From: Coriobacteriia bacterium
GTDB taxonomy: Bacteria; Actinomycetota; Coriobacteriia; Coriobacteriales; UBA8131
DNA: 64,000 nucleotides
NCBI GenBank assembly: GCA_009783085.1
Contig: WRHU01000002.1
Coordinates: 138,019-202,018, forward strand
Reading direction: 5' to 3'
A model generated the notes under the pieces. That model was given only the letters and a program-made list of their open reading frames with translations. It did no database searches and was not told the origin of the DNA. The translations under genes were made by a program, and so were the position numbers. How positions within the stretch are numbered: the first letter of the stretch is position 1; every line of letters starts with the position of its first letter. This document shows positions 36,358 to 45,764 of this stretch, one piece after another.

Positions 36358-36528
36358 TTGTTGGTTTTGGGGTCTAGAATTATACCGCACTTTGCGCCCG
36401 TTTTTTGGCCATTAGAGGAGCCAGAGGCATTTGCAGGCGGTTTACAAGCGGTAAAACAAAGTGGCACGTAGAAAAATGAACAAACTGTTACAATAATATC
36501 GCTTCAATTTTATAGGCTTGAAAGGAAT

Positions 36529-39120
36529 GTGGTGAGCAAAAGCCCGCAACGCCCCAGATTGTCTGCTCGGCGACCAAAAGTGCGCCAACAAGAACTTGAG
36601 CAGGATAGACTTGAGCTGCACAATGAGCTCGGGGATTTGCTGGTGCCCTTTTTAGAAAACGATGATGAGTTTGAGCCCGATTTTGAGCCAAATCTCGCGC
36701 CAGCACCACAACCCACAGCGCAGCCAAGACCACAATCGAGGCCATCGGTGCGGGCACGGACAAACCAACAAAACCCGCAACTAGACCCACAGTTTGACCC
36801 AAGATTTGACCCTAATCCGCAGTTTAGGCCTGACCCAAGATTTGAGCCAACTCCTCGATCTGGGCTTGAGTCGAGACCAAGAATTACTGCTGGAACAGCG
36901 TTTGCACCACCAAGGCAAGAACCAAGGTTTGAGCTTGAGCGACAGGTTGCCCCAAGGCTTGAACCAAGGTCGGTGCCCTTACAGGACTCATCAACACGAC
37001 CGTTTTCTCAGGCACCACAAGAGGCCTTGCAGGCAAACACATACGGAACGCAACCATTCTCCCAAGCTCCACGTTCCCAAACTCTGCAGGAAGCTGCGAT
37101 GGCACGAGCCTACGCTGAGGCGCAGGCGGCACCGGGCTTTTCGCAACCTTCGCCCGAAGCACTGTTGGCTGCTTCGCGCCCGCAGCAGCAACCTGAGCCT
37201 AACTTTACCCCCGAACAAAGGTTTGAACTTGAACAAAGCTATGCGGCGGAGCAAGCGTTTGCAGCTGCACAAAACCTTGCAGCTGCACAAAACCTTGTCC
37301 CCGCACAGGAACCTGCAGCACAAGGCCTTGAGGCTGTGCAAAATTTCATAACCGAGCAGGTAGCTGAGCAGATGACAGAGCAAGCTGTTGCGCAAAGCGA
37401 GGCACCCGCTGCAGAACCTAAGCCAGTGGTTGCTCCTGAGACCAAGTCCGCCGTTAACTTTGCTGAGCTCAACCCAGCTGATCTTGCTGCATCCAGCCCA
37501 GATGCCCCTCCCACGGCTGCTCCTGCTGGCGTTCCCACGGCTGCTCCTGCTGCCACTTCCACACCTGCCCCGAGCCCCACAGCCGCTCCTGCACCCACGG
37601 CGCCCACGGCGCCCGCAGCACCCACGCCCAGCCCTGAGCCAGGGCCTGAATCAGGGCCTGAGTCGCGCCTCGAGTTCACTGCAGAGTTAAAGCTTGCGAT
37701 GGAGCAGGCTTTTGCTGCTGGGCCAGTGCTTGCGCCAGACCAGGTGTCTGAGCCAGCATCTGAGCTGTCGCCCGCACAAGAACACAAACCCGAACCTGGG
37801 CAAAAATCTCTGTCTGAACAAAAGTCTGAGCCAGGGCAAGCGGGCACGTCCAAAGGCACATCCAAAGATACGTCCAGCCCAACGCCTGTGATTACATCCA
37901 ACGCTGATTTGGGGTCTGCTTCTGCGCCCGAATCGCTCGTCGCTGAGCCAAAATCTTCCTCAGCGCCTAAGCAGGCGCCCGAACAAACACCTGAACCAGC
38001 GGTTCAGTCGACGCCCTCACAACAGGCAACAAAAGCTCCTCTTTCTGGGCAAGATTCTGCACCAATACGTGAGTTTACGCTTGAGCAAGAGTTGGCCTTT
38101 GAGCAGATGTTTGCACCAAAACCAAAATTTGTGCCAGAACAACCCTTTGTGTTTTCCTCTACACAGCTTCCTTTGCAAGGACAAGAGTTCGACTTGGACT
38201 TTGATTCAGAAGATTATGAACCCGAGTTCGACCTTGATTTTGACCAAGAAGAAGAATTCCAGAGGCCAGCATCAAGACCTCGCGGCACACGACAACGACG
38301 CGTTCCTGCAGAGGCGCTCGAAGGCAGAAGAACAAGGTCTGCCCAAAACAGAAGTTCCGATTCAGAATTTGATTCCGAGCTTGACCCATCGTTTGTGTCG
38401 TTATCCCCAACACAAGGACAAGCAGCATCTCCCTACGAACACCTTCCTCTTTTCAACCTTTCAACAGGGCGAAGCATACCTCGCATCGTAAAAATCGGCA
38501 TTATGGCTCTTGCTGCACTTGCGTTGCTCGCGCTGCTCATTATTGGAGTTTCTTGTGGCCTGAACCTTGCTGATCAGGCTGCAAATGGTCGCGACAGCCA
38601 CACAGGGCTTGCTCCTGCCGGAATTGGTCCAAGCGCAAATGTTGTTGACAAGGCAGGGCCCTACACAAATGATGGCATGGGCATATCGCTCACCTTGCTT
38701 GACGACTGGAAGCTTTATGAGAGCGACACGCTTCCCAACGAGCTTTTAACCATAGCGCCTGTTAACAATGAAGAGGCTTTTGTCTGGATTGACCGCTATC
38801 CCAATCTTACTGTTCAAGATTTTCTTGACGAAAAAGGCGACTGGCTTGCCGCCTATTCGCTCGGTGCTGGAGAGGCCACTACCCTTATTTTGAGCGAGGA
38901 TACCGTTGAACAAAAGGGCATAACGTGGTCTGAAACCCGCTTTAACGTAACCAATGATGACGAGCGTCATTCGGTGGTGCTCTACGTTGCCGATATGCCT
39001 AACGAGAAGGGCTTGCTCATGTACGCCGTCTTTGCCCCCGTTGATACTGCCGAGAAGCAGGAACATGCTGCGCTTGTTGACGGACTTGCAATGTTCAAAA
39101 CGTTGGATTTTCTGAGCTAA
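36529..39120 (+). CDS. Bitopic membrane protein: Pro/Gln/Ala-rich disordered N-terminal region of about 640 aa, one TM, folded C-terminal domain of about 190 aa
   Basis: Uninterrupted 863-codon ORF. TM segment IVKIGIMALAALALLALLIIGVSCGL. GTG start preceded by GAAAGGA. No family recognised. Confidence 0.75.
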   Translation: MVSKSPQRPRLSARRPKVRQQELEQDRLELHNELGDLLVPFLENDDEFEPDFEPNLAPAPQPTAQPRPQSRPSVRARTNQQNPQLDPQFDPRFDPNPQFRPDPRFEPTPRSGLESRPRITAGTAFAPPRQEPRFELERQVAPRLEPRSVPLQDSSTRPFSQAPQEALQANTYGTQPFSQAPRSQTLQEAAMARAYAEAQAAPGFSQPSPEALLAASRPQQQPEPNFTPEQRFELEQSYAAEQAFAAAQNLAAAQNLVPAQEPAAQGLEAVQNFITEQVAEQMTEQAVAQSEAPAAEPKPVVAPETKSAVNFAELNPADLAASSPDAPPTAAPAGVPTAAPAATSTPAPSPTAAPAPTAPTAPAAPTPSPEPGPESGPESRLEFTAELKLAMEQAFAAGPVLAPDQVSEPASELSPAQEHKPEPGQKSLSEQKSEPGQAGTSKGTSKDTSSPTPVITSNADLGSASAPESLVAEPKSSSAPKQAPEQTPEPAVQSTPSQQATKAPLSGQDSAPIREFTLEQELAFEQMFAPKPKFVPEQPFVFSSTQLPLQGQEFDLDFDSEDYEPEFDLDFDQEEEFQRPASRPRGTRQRRVPAEALEGRRTRSAQNRSSDSEFDSELDPSFVSLSPTQGQAASPYEHLPLFNLSTGRSIPRIVKIGIMALAALALLALLIIGVSCGLNLADQAANGRDSHTGLAPAGIGPSANVVDKAGPYTNDGMGISLTLLDDWKLYESDTLPNELLTIAPVNNEEAFVWIDRYPNLTVQDFLDEKGDWLAAYSLGAGEATTLILSEDTVEQKGITWSETRFNVTNDDERHSVVLYVADMPNEKGLLMYAVFAPVDTAEKQEHAALVDGLAMFKTLDFLS

Positions 39121-39294
39121 ATGCGACAAAATGATATAGAAAGCAAGGGGTTTTCCCTCGAAAACAAAAAAGCAACGGAAGATTACGTTTTCGTATCTAG
39201 GCTCGCCTTGAGGCAATTTGTTGTTTTTTGAATGCTAGGATGGTATGATAATTAACCTAAGTACGCTGGAAATGGCAAAGGAGCTTAAACGAAG

Positions 39295-40446
39295 ATGCCT
39301 AAAACCTGCGAGACTTTGAACGAATGTTCTCAAACTAATGTCTCGAAACATTGTGATGTACCGCTCTCTCGACGCGGCTTTGTAAGCTTGGCTGCAGTTG
39401 CTGCTGCAGGCGTTTGTGCAACACAACTGCTTAGCGCACCTAACGCTTTTGCAGTCACTTCTGCAGAAAAACAGGCAGAAGCAGACGAAGTGCGTCGTAA
39501 AATGAGCGAGTGGAACGCCCTGCTTGACCAATACTCCAACGATTACAACAACGCCCTTGACGCTCATGACACAGCTGTTGCTGGCATGGATGAGGCGCAA
39601 GGACGCATAGATGTTGCCCAAGCACGTCAAAGTGAGCTGCAAGATATGCTTGGCAAGCGCGCCAGCTCTATGTATCGACAAGGCCCCCTTGGTTTTCTCG
39701 ATGTTATTTTTGGGGCGCACAGCTTTGAGGAGTTTAGTACATCTTGGAGGATTTTAAGTGATGTTAACGAGCGCGATGCCAATCTTATAGATGAATCCAG
39801 AGCAGTAAAGAAAGAAGCTGAGCTTGCACGCAAAGAATTTGCGAGCCAAGAAAAAGCTGCTGCCAAAGCCCTCAATGCTGCTGAAGCAGCTAAAGCAGAG
39901 GCTCAAAACATAGTTAACACCTACCAAAGTGAACTCAGTGGGCTTGAAGATGAGGTTGCTAAGCTCGTAGAAAAAGAGCGCAAGGCTGAGGCAAAACGCA
40001 AGGCTGATGAAGCTCGCCGCGCCGAAGAGGCTGCTCAGGCTGCCTCAAATCAGTCCTCTGGGTCAAGTGGCGCAAGCGCAGGTGGTTATGTGCCTTACGA
40101 TGGAGAAACGTATGGCAGTATTGTAGAAGCTGCCCTATCGCGTGTTGGTTGCGACTATGTTTGGGCGGCAACTGGACCAAACTCTTTTGATTGTTCGGGG
40201 CTTACCATGTGGTCGTATAACCAAGTGGGGCTTTCTATCCCTCGCGGTGGCAACGCCCAGTATTCAGACGCGCCAATGCGTCTGAACGTTTCTGATGCTC
40301 AGCCAGGTGATATTCTTTGGATGTACAATCATGTTGGCATCTACATTGGCAAGGGCAAGTTTGTCCATGCGCCAAGCCCGGGTCTTACTGTTTGCGTGCA
40401 GGCCGTTTCTGGATATGGCTGGCAAGGTGCCGCCCGCTGGAGCTAG
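39295..40446 (+). CDS. Secreted NlpC/P60 (C40) peptidoglycan endopeptidase with coiled-coil N-domain
   Basis: Tat-like signal SRRGFVSLAAVAAAG...AFA, a long coiled coil, then catalytic FDCSGLTMWSY and HVGIYIGKGKFVHAPS. Confidence 0.9.
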   Translation: MPKTCETLNECSQTNVSKHCDVPLSRRGFVSLAAVAAAGVCATQLLSAPNAFAVTSAEKQAEADEVRRKMSEWNALLDQYSNDYNNALDAHDTAVAGMDEAQGRIDVAQARQSELQDMLGKRASSMYRQGPLGFLDVIFGAHSFEEFSTSWRILSDVNERDANLIDESRAVKKEAELARKEFASQEKAAAKALNAAEAAKAEAQNIVNTYQSELSGLEDEVAKLVEKERKAEAKRKADEARRAEEAAQAASNQSSGSSGASAGGYVPYDGETYGSIVEAALSRVGCDYVWAATGPNSFDCSGLTMWSYNQVGLSIPRGGNAQYSDAPMRLNVSDAQPGDILWMYNHVGIYIGKGKFVHAPSPGLTVCVQAVSGYGWQGAARWS

Positions 40447-40538
40447 AGCCAGCTGTTATTTAGGTGGGGATAAGGGATTCGCTGATTGCTTGTAGGCTAC
40501 AGGTCGGCGGTGTTTTCTCAAATTGCTTTCTAAAATGA

Positions 40539-40613
40539 GCGGGTGTTGCCAAGCGGTAAGGCCCAAGCTTCCCAAGCTTGTACTCGCGGGTTCGAGTCCC
40601 GTCACCCGCTCCA
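40539..40613 (+). tRNA. tRNA-Gly (anticodon CCC), CCA encoded
   Basis: GCGGGTG acceptor, anticodon arm CAAGC-TTCCCAA-GCTTG, T-arm GCGGG-TTCGAGT-CCCGT, 3' end CACCCGC-T-CCA. Confidence 0.93.
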
Positions 40614-40686
40614 GTGCCCCTGCAGGCAGCGTGAGCGCAGGGTGTTTTGTTTTTGGAAGACGGGACGAGAAGCCAGACGCCTCCCC

Positions 40687-41367
40687 TTACCACAGTTGCG
40701 TAAGAGCGGCGCGCACGTCCTCCTCAAAACCTTGCTTGCTTACCACCATTACCGCATCCCCCGGCTGCAAGACCGTAGAGCCATTCACAATGGCAAGGCT
40801 CTCCCCCTTACCAACCGCCACAAGCAGGCTTTCCTCGGGCAAAAGGGGCTTAATCTCGGCAACCGTTTTTCCTTGCTCGCCCACACAGTCAGAGCACAGC
40901 GGAATAGTCACCTCGGTCATTACTAAATCGCCTTGCGTCAAGGACATAACAGCGTGCATAGCGCCCTGCGTTGCCTCTACCTCAATTAGACGCGAGATAA
41001 TGGAGGTGGACGAAACAGCCTCGATGCCCAAACGTCGAAAAATGCGCTCGTTTTTGGGCGTATTAACACGGGCAATAACGCGAGGAATTTTTGAAACAAG
41101 CGAGGCGATTTCGCAGGAAACCAAATTTGCATCGTCGGCACCGGTGGTTGCAACAAAAATGTCGGCATGCTCGGCACCGGCATCCATCTGAAACGCCGAA
41201 TCGCAACCATCGCCCAAAATCATCAGCACCTGCTGTGGTAGTTTTGCCGCAAGCTGATCAATTTTTCGTTTACTTTGTTCGATAATGGCAACGCGGTGAC
41301 CGCTGGCAATCATCTTTGTTGCCAGATACTCGCCAATCTTGCCGCCACCATTAATAATGATATGCAT
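40687..41367 (-). CDS. trkA: TrkA-type K+ transport regulatory protein (RCK N+C domains)
   Basis: Rossmann motif IIINGGGKIGEYLA. 226 aa. It is the second of two tandem paralogs. Confidence 0.88.
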   Translation of the reverse strand: MHIIINGGGKIGEYLATKMIASGHRVAIIEQSKRKIDQLAAKLPQQVLMILGDGCDSAFQMDAGAEHADIFVATTGADDANLVSCEIASLVSKIPRVIARVNTPKNERIFRRLGIEAVSSTSIISRLIEVEATQGAMHAVMSLTQGDLVMTEVTIPLCSDCVGEQGKTVAEIKPLLPEESLLVAVGKGESLAIVNGSTVLQPGDAVMVVSKQGFEEDVRAALTQLW

Positions 41368-41385
41368 TTTGCAATCTCCAAAACT

Positions 41386-42048
41386 CTAAGAAGCCATATA
41401 ACTCGAAAAACGCTCGAGCAGGTTTTCATGTATGCAAACAAGCACAATATCGCCTGGGTACAGCACGCTGTCTTTGGAAGGAATAGAGCTGAGCGAGCCA
41501 TCTTTGCGCTCAAACGCAATTACGCGAGCCTCATGCTCTCGCTCCAAATCTCCTACTAAAATACTCTGTTTTTCTGTGTCCTCAAGTTTTAGCACAAAGC
41601 GTAAAACCTCAAAGTCTCCAAACTTGTCAACATAACCACTGTGCTGAGCCATAACCATTGAATACATCTCTTCGGCAACCAGCGTGGTGTCACAGACAAA
41701 ATCAAGTCCGAGCTGTATGTACGAGTTTTCGCGGCTCGGATTATAAAGGCGCGCAAACACACGGGGCACACCAAAAAGCGTTCGCGCAACCTCTGCAATC
41801 ATGAGATTAGTGTTATCGTCGCTGGTCACCGCAAGAAGAACATCACATTCCTCAACGCCTGCTGCAATGAGGACGTCCTCGTCAAAACCAAGTCCGGTAA
41901 TGCTGCGTCCCTCAAAATAACGATCCAAACTGCTAAAGGCCTGAGGTTCGTTGTCAACAATCACAACACTATTCTTGTCGCGCGAAAAAAGCGCAGCAAG
42001 CTGCACGCCAACCCTACCGCATCCGACCACAATAATGTTCACGTGCAC
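41386..42048 (-). CDS. trkA: TrkA-type K+ transport regulatory protein (RCK N+C domains)
   Basis: Rossmann motif IIVVGCGRVGVQLA. 220 aa. No trkH/ktrB gene is in the window. Confidence 0.88.
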   Translation of the reverse strand: MHVNIIVVGCGRVGVQLAALFSRDKNSVVIVDNEPQAFSSLDRYFEGRSITGLGFDEDVLIAAGVEECDVLLAVTSDDNTNLMIAEVARTLFGVPRVFARLYNPSRENSYIQLGLDFVCDTTLVAEEMYSMVMAQHSGYVDKFGDFEVLRFVLKLEDTEKQSILVGDLEREHEARVIAFERKDGSLSSIPSKDSVLYPGDIVLVCIHENLLERFSSYMAS

Positions 42049-42073
42049 TCTCCTGCTTGTTAAAAGTGTGTTC

Positions 42074-45000
42074 CTACGAGCTCTTTACCATCTCAATGGC
42101 AAGGTCTACTGTTTCTTGAATAGCACCTTCACTGATAAGGCTGAGGCGGTTGTCCATCCAGCGCCATCCAGGTGGCACTTCTTTGCCCAGACCCATAATT
42201 GAAATAGCGCGCGCGCCCTTTTTAAGCGCCTTTGTCGCACTTGTTTCGCACGCGCTAAACACCGCTGGAGCAATTTCAAGTCCAAGCGCGCGCGCCGCAG
42301 ACTGAGCCAAACCCTGCAGACGATGGTCGGTTTTGCTCTTAAGAACGCTTCCTTCCATAACGGTGTAGCACAGTTCGCCCGCTCCAATACTGTCAAGATT
42401 TATGATGAAGGAGTTGCGCAGCTCGCTTGAATACTCCTCAAGCAAGCTTTCCATTCCTGCGTTTCCTTCCTCGTGAGAGCCAAGGGCCACCAGCCAGATT
42501 TCCTTATCAAGAAGCTCGGACGAAAACGATCTGATTGCTTGTGCGTTGTCAGCAAAGCTTGCACCGCCATACGCACCGCCCTTCCAGTCGTCTGCGCCAC
42601 CCTCTGCAAAATTCTCCCACGTACCAATAGCGTTGCCCTCTCTGCGGGCATCAAAACCTTCGTCCACGCCAAGCCAATCGCGCGGAGACTCATCAAAATC
42701 AAAGCTGTCGCGCTTGCGCCTACCACCAAAACGCTCTCCAAGGCCTCCAAAAAACGAACGAGCCCGCGACTGTGGAATATCAATTTGTTGCGGTTGAGGA
42801 GCATAAGAGGCGGAGTCGTCAAAGACGGCAGCAGCATGTGAATCATCAACATCAGCAATATAAACATCTTCGGAGTCATGATGGTAGTCAAGCAGTTCCT
42901 CGCCAACCGGCTTCATGGTTCCCGTCGCTCCAAGAGCTGCAAAAGAACCCGTAATGTTGATTGAAGAATCGCTCCCCTGCCCAAACTCTTCAAGCGAGAC
43001 AAACCCTTCGTCAAGCACCGCCTGTTGCGCGGGCATGCTGCCAGAATCTCCCGGGAGAATGCTGGGAATGGCTAGCTCGCGACGGTGTTCCTCAGGAACA
43101 CTTGCCTGTGTTGATGCTAAAACGTCAGGCAAAATGCCTGCGCTTATCTCAATGGTTTGCCCTGCATTCGGCTCGCCCGTTCCTGCAAAAGCAGCCGTTA
43201 GGGCATCAGCAGTGCCTCCAAGAGGTGCCTGAGCGGGGCTTGCGCTACCGCCTATGGCAGGCTCAGAGCCCTGTGCTGGCGCCACAGCGGCATGGGGGAC
43301 GTATTGTCCTCCAACAACCTCAAACGCTGCCTTATCAAGACCGCTCATGTCAACGTCTCCCATTTGACGAGCAGCTTTTTGTACGACACCACCTTGCACG
43401 GCTGCGCCCTGCGCGGTATCGCTCGGGTCAACCACTCGAGGTAGTTTCGAAGAATCCATAAGAGTGCTCGCCTGAGAAGGCTGGGCATCTGATGCGGTGT
43501 CTGGTATGTCAAAAATGGGTATATCTATTCCAAGCGGAGACTCAACTATCACGTTTCCGGCCTCGTCGGTCGAAGTGCCTTTTGTGGCATCTCCTCCCGC
43601 CGTGCCACTCGCTGCCACACCGCCTGCGGAGCCAACAGGCACGTTCGCTGAGGGTGCTGCGGATAAGCCTGCCAACGCGCTTGCGTTTGCGGAGGCAAGC
43701 GCAGATTCGGCTTCCTCGGCAGTCATAGGCACATCGGCAAATTGAGAGCGAGAGCGCCGTGCGTTAGCATCGTCACTTTTTGTGTGAGCAGCTTCTTTGG
43801 CGGCAGCCTTTTTCTTGGCTTTGGTAAACCAGGCGGGCATGTCCCCTTCCTCTTGCTCTTTTGTATTTCCGAGCTGCGACTCAAGCCAAGCAATTCTGTC
43901 TTCCTCATTTTGCAGGTCAGCCAGGCTTGTCCGTTTTTGAGGAGCTGGGGCATTTTTGGCAAGCTCGCCAGCACCGTACTGCATGCCTTGCTGCATGCCT
44001 TGCTGCATGCCGCCTGAAACGCCCTGCACGCCCTGTGCTGCACCCTGTAGTGCGCCCTGCGCCTCTTGCTGAGCAGCACGCCGCGCAGCCGCTTGTGGCT
44101 CTAATGAGCGTTGCGAGGGATGCTTGCTTATGAGGCGTTGCGCCGCCGGTGCCTCCATAGGGTGTTCTTGTTCAGACTGCTGCGGTTGGGGCGGTGTTAG
44201 TGCGCCCTCCTGCATATCTGTTTCTATACGTGCTGGGGCTTCTTGCCCTCGCCCGTGTCGGTCTAACAGTTCTTGCAGCTCAGCTGATTTTGGTTGTACC
44301 TGAGCCGTTTTTACGTTTTCCGGAATAAACACGGGGTTTTCGCTCGTCGCATCGTCAAGAGATTTTTGAACTTCAAAATCTTGTGTATGGTCGTCAGCAC
44401 CGGCGCTGCGACGCTGTCGCGCTCTTACACGCCCTGTGCTAGAGCCGTCAACTCCAACGCCTCCAAGAGCAGCACCAGCTGCTCCAGCACCGGCTAGTCC
44501 AGCACCAGCGGCACCAGCACCAGCGGCACCGGCACCAGCAACACCAGCGGCACCTACACCAGCTGCGCCTGCCCCCAAAGAACCAGCCCCCAACGCACCA
44601 GATGCCACATCTCCAAGCCCCGCCTGAAAGCGTCCTCCGCCTGTCTCTCGAGCATAAACCACGCCTTCTTTTCTCTGGCGTGGTATTCCGGCTTCTGCAA
44701 TATCTCCGTCAGCTCTACCACTACGTAAGTCATCACCAAAACCACTGTCATCGGGCACAACATCGCCGCTGTCAGAGTACTCTCTTGGACGTGGCGCACC
44801 ACCCTCCTCGACTATGCGATCGGCAATGCCCACCAACGTTGCAACACCTGAGGCATTCGAGTTGGCACCTTGGTTATAGGGCATAATAAGATTGACGAGT
44901 TCAAAAATGAGAGCGACAAGCACAATGGCGCCAACGAGAAGCGCTACGTAGCCCAGTATTTGAAACACAATCTCGGGCAAAAATCTCATCATAAATACAA

Positions 45001-45517
45001 TGGCAAGCGCCAAAAGAACAACAAGCGCTCCCCACATTACAAGACGAATCACTGAATAATTATTGGCAAGCAGAGGTGCCGCCTGAACCTTTGAGCGACC
45101 AGCGTCATAGTGCGCCACAAACACAATTTTGCGACGACGTTCTATAGAAGTGCTGGGAGTATAGCGAGCAACAACATTTTGGCTCAGCCCACGATCAAAA
45201 AACTTGCCCAGCGGATTAATGCCGAGCACATCAAGGGCAAGCAGCGCGAGGGCAAGAATGACAAGAAACAGTGCCGTTGGTGCGGCATCGGGGACAAAAA
45301 ACAAAAGATATGCCGCTATAGCCGCCAGCAAGTTATAGGCAATACGCATCCACCACGCATTGCGCGCACAGGTAAACTCCTGCATGACAGTATCAAGACC
45401 ACTGTCCTCAAACTGCTTAGCAATAAACTGTGCGGCTCGGTGTTCTCCGTCTGAAGTAGACGGACGCGTCTTGGTTTCTCGAATAAGTGCATCAACAAAA
45501 TCGACTAGTTTGGCCAT
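42074..45517 (-). CDS. Polytopic membrane M28-like peptidase-domain protein with a disordered insertion of about 750 aa
   Basis: M28-like blocks occur in order: [60 protein letters not shown] helices are inserted between the first blocks, and a Gly/Ala/Gln-rich region separates blocks 2 and 3. Confidence 0.7.
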   Translation of the reverse strand: MAKLVDFVDALIRETKTRPSTSDGEHRAAQFIAKQFEDSGLDTVMQEFTCARNAWWMRIAYNLLAAIAAYLLFFVPDAAPTALFLVILALALLALDVLGINPLGKFFDRGLSQNVVARYTPSTSIERRRKIVFVAHYDAGRSKVQAAPLLANNYSVIRLVMWGALVVLLALAIVFMMRFLPEIVFQILGYVALLVGAIVLVALIFELVNLIMPYNQGANSNASGVATLVGIADRIVEEGGAPRPREYSDSGDVVPDDSGFGDDLRSGRADGDIAEAGIPRQRKEGVVYARETGGGRFQAGLGDVASGALGAGSLGAGAAGVGAAGVAGAGAAGAGAAGAGLAGAGAAGAALGGVGVDGSSTGRVRARQRRSAGADDHTQDFEVQKSLDDATSENPVFIPENVKTAQVQPKSAELQELLDRHGRGQEAPARIETDMQEGALTPPQPQQSEQEHPMEAPAAQRLISKHPSQRSLEPQAAARRAAQQEAQGALQGAAQGVQGVSGGMQQGMQQGMQYGAGELAKNAPAPQKRTSLADLQNEEDRIAWLESQLGNTKEQEEGDMPAWFTKAKKKAAAKEAAHTKSDDANARRSRSQFADVPMTAEEAESALASANASALAGLSAAPSANVPVGSAGGVAASGTAGGDATKGTSTDEAGNVIVESPLGIDIPIFDIPDTASDAQPSQASTLMDSSKLPRVVDPSDTAQGAAVQGGVVQKAARQMGDVDMSGLDKAAFEVVGGQYVPHAAVAPAQGSEPAIGGSASPAQAPLGGTADALTAAFAGTGEPNAGQTIEISAGILPDVLASTQASVPEEHRRELAIPSILPGDSGSMPAQQAVLDEGFVSLEEFGQGSDSSINITGSFAALGATGTMKPVGEELLDYHHDSEDVYIADVDDSHAAAVFDDSASYAPQPQQIDIPQSRARSFFGGLGERFGGRRKRDSFDFDESPRDWLGVDEGFDARREGNAIGTWENFAEGGADDWKGGAYGGASFADNAQAIRSFSSELLDKEIWLVALGSHEEGNAGMESLLEEYSSELRNSFIINLDSIGAGELCYTVMEGSVLKSKTDHRLQGLAQSAARALGLEIAPAVFSACETSATKALKKGARAISIMGLGKEVPPGWRWMDNRLSLISEGAIQETVDLAIEMVKSS

Positions 45518-45764
45518 AAGACCCCTTCGCTCAAAGACTGCGTTGTCTTTTTTTTCGTTTTGTCCTTGTCTATTTTACCTTTATTTGACAAAATCTGCCC
45601 ACAAAGACCTACGCAACGTTATCATTTTGCTGACAAGAAGTGGTTTTCTTGTGTATGCCGGGTTGAATTAGAGGTTTTTTAGGCTCTTTTTGAGCAATTA
45701 AGCCCGTTTGGGGCCAGCTTGACGTTTTTAGGGCTTTAAGGGCTGGCCTGCCTTTGTCTTACGC

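Noticed and set aside
36271-36528. glmS ribozyme upstream of glmS
   Set aside because: None of the conserved ribozyme core segments is visible in the 100-nt leader; the space is occupied by a 21-bp tandem repeat. A covariance-model search would be needed to be certain.
39121-39294. c-di-AMP (ydaO-type) riboswitch upstream of the NlpC/P60 gene
   Set aside because: The likely promoter (extended -10 TGGTATGAT) leaves only a UTR of about 40 nt, and no ydaO-like conserved segments were seen.
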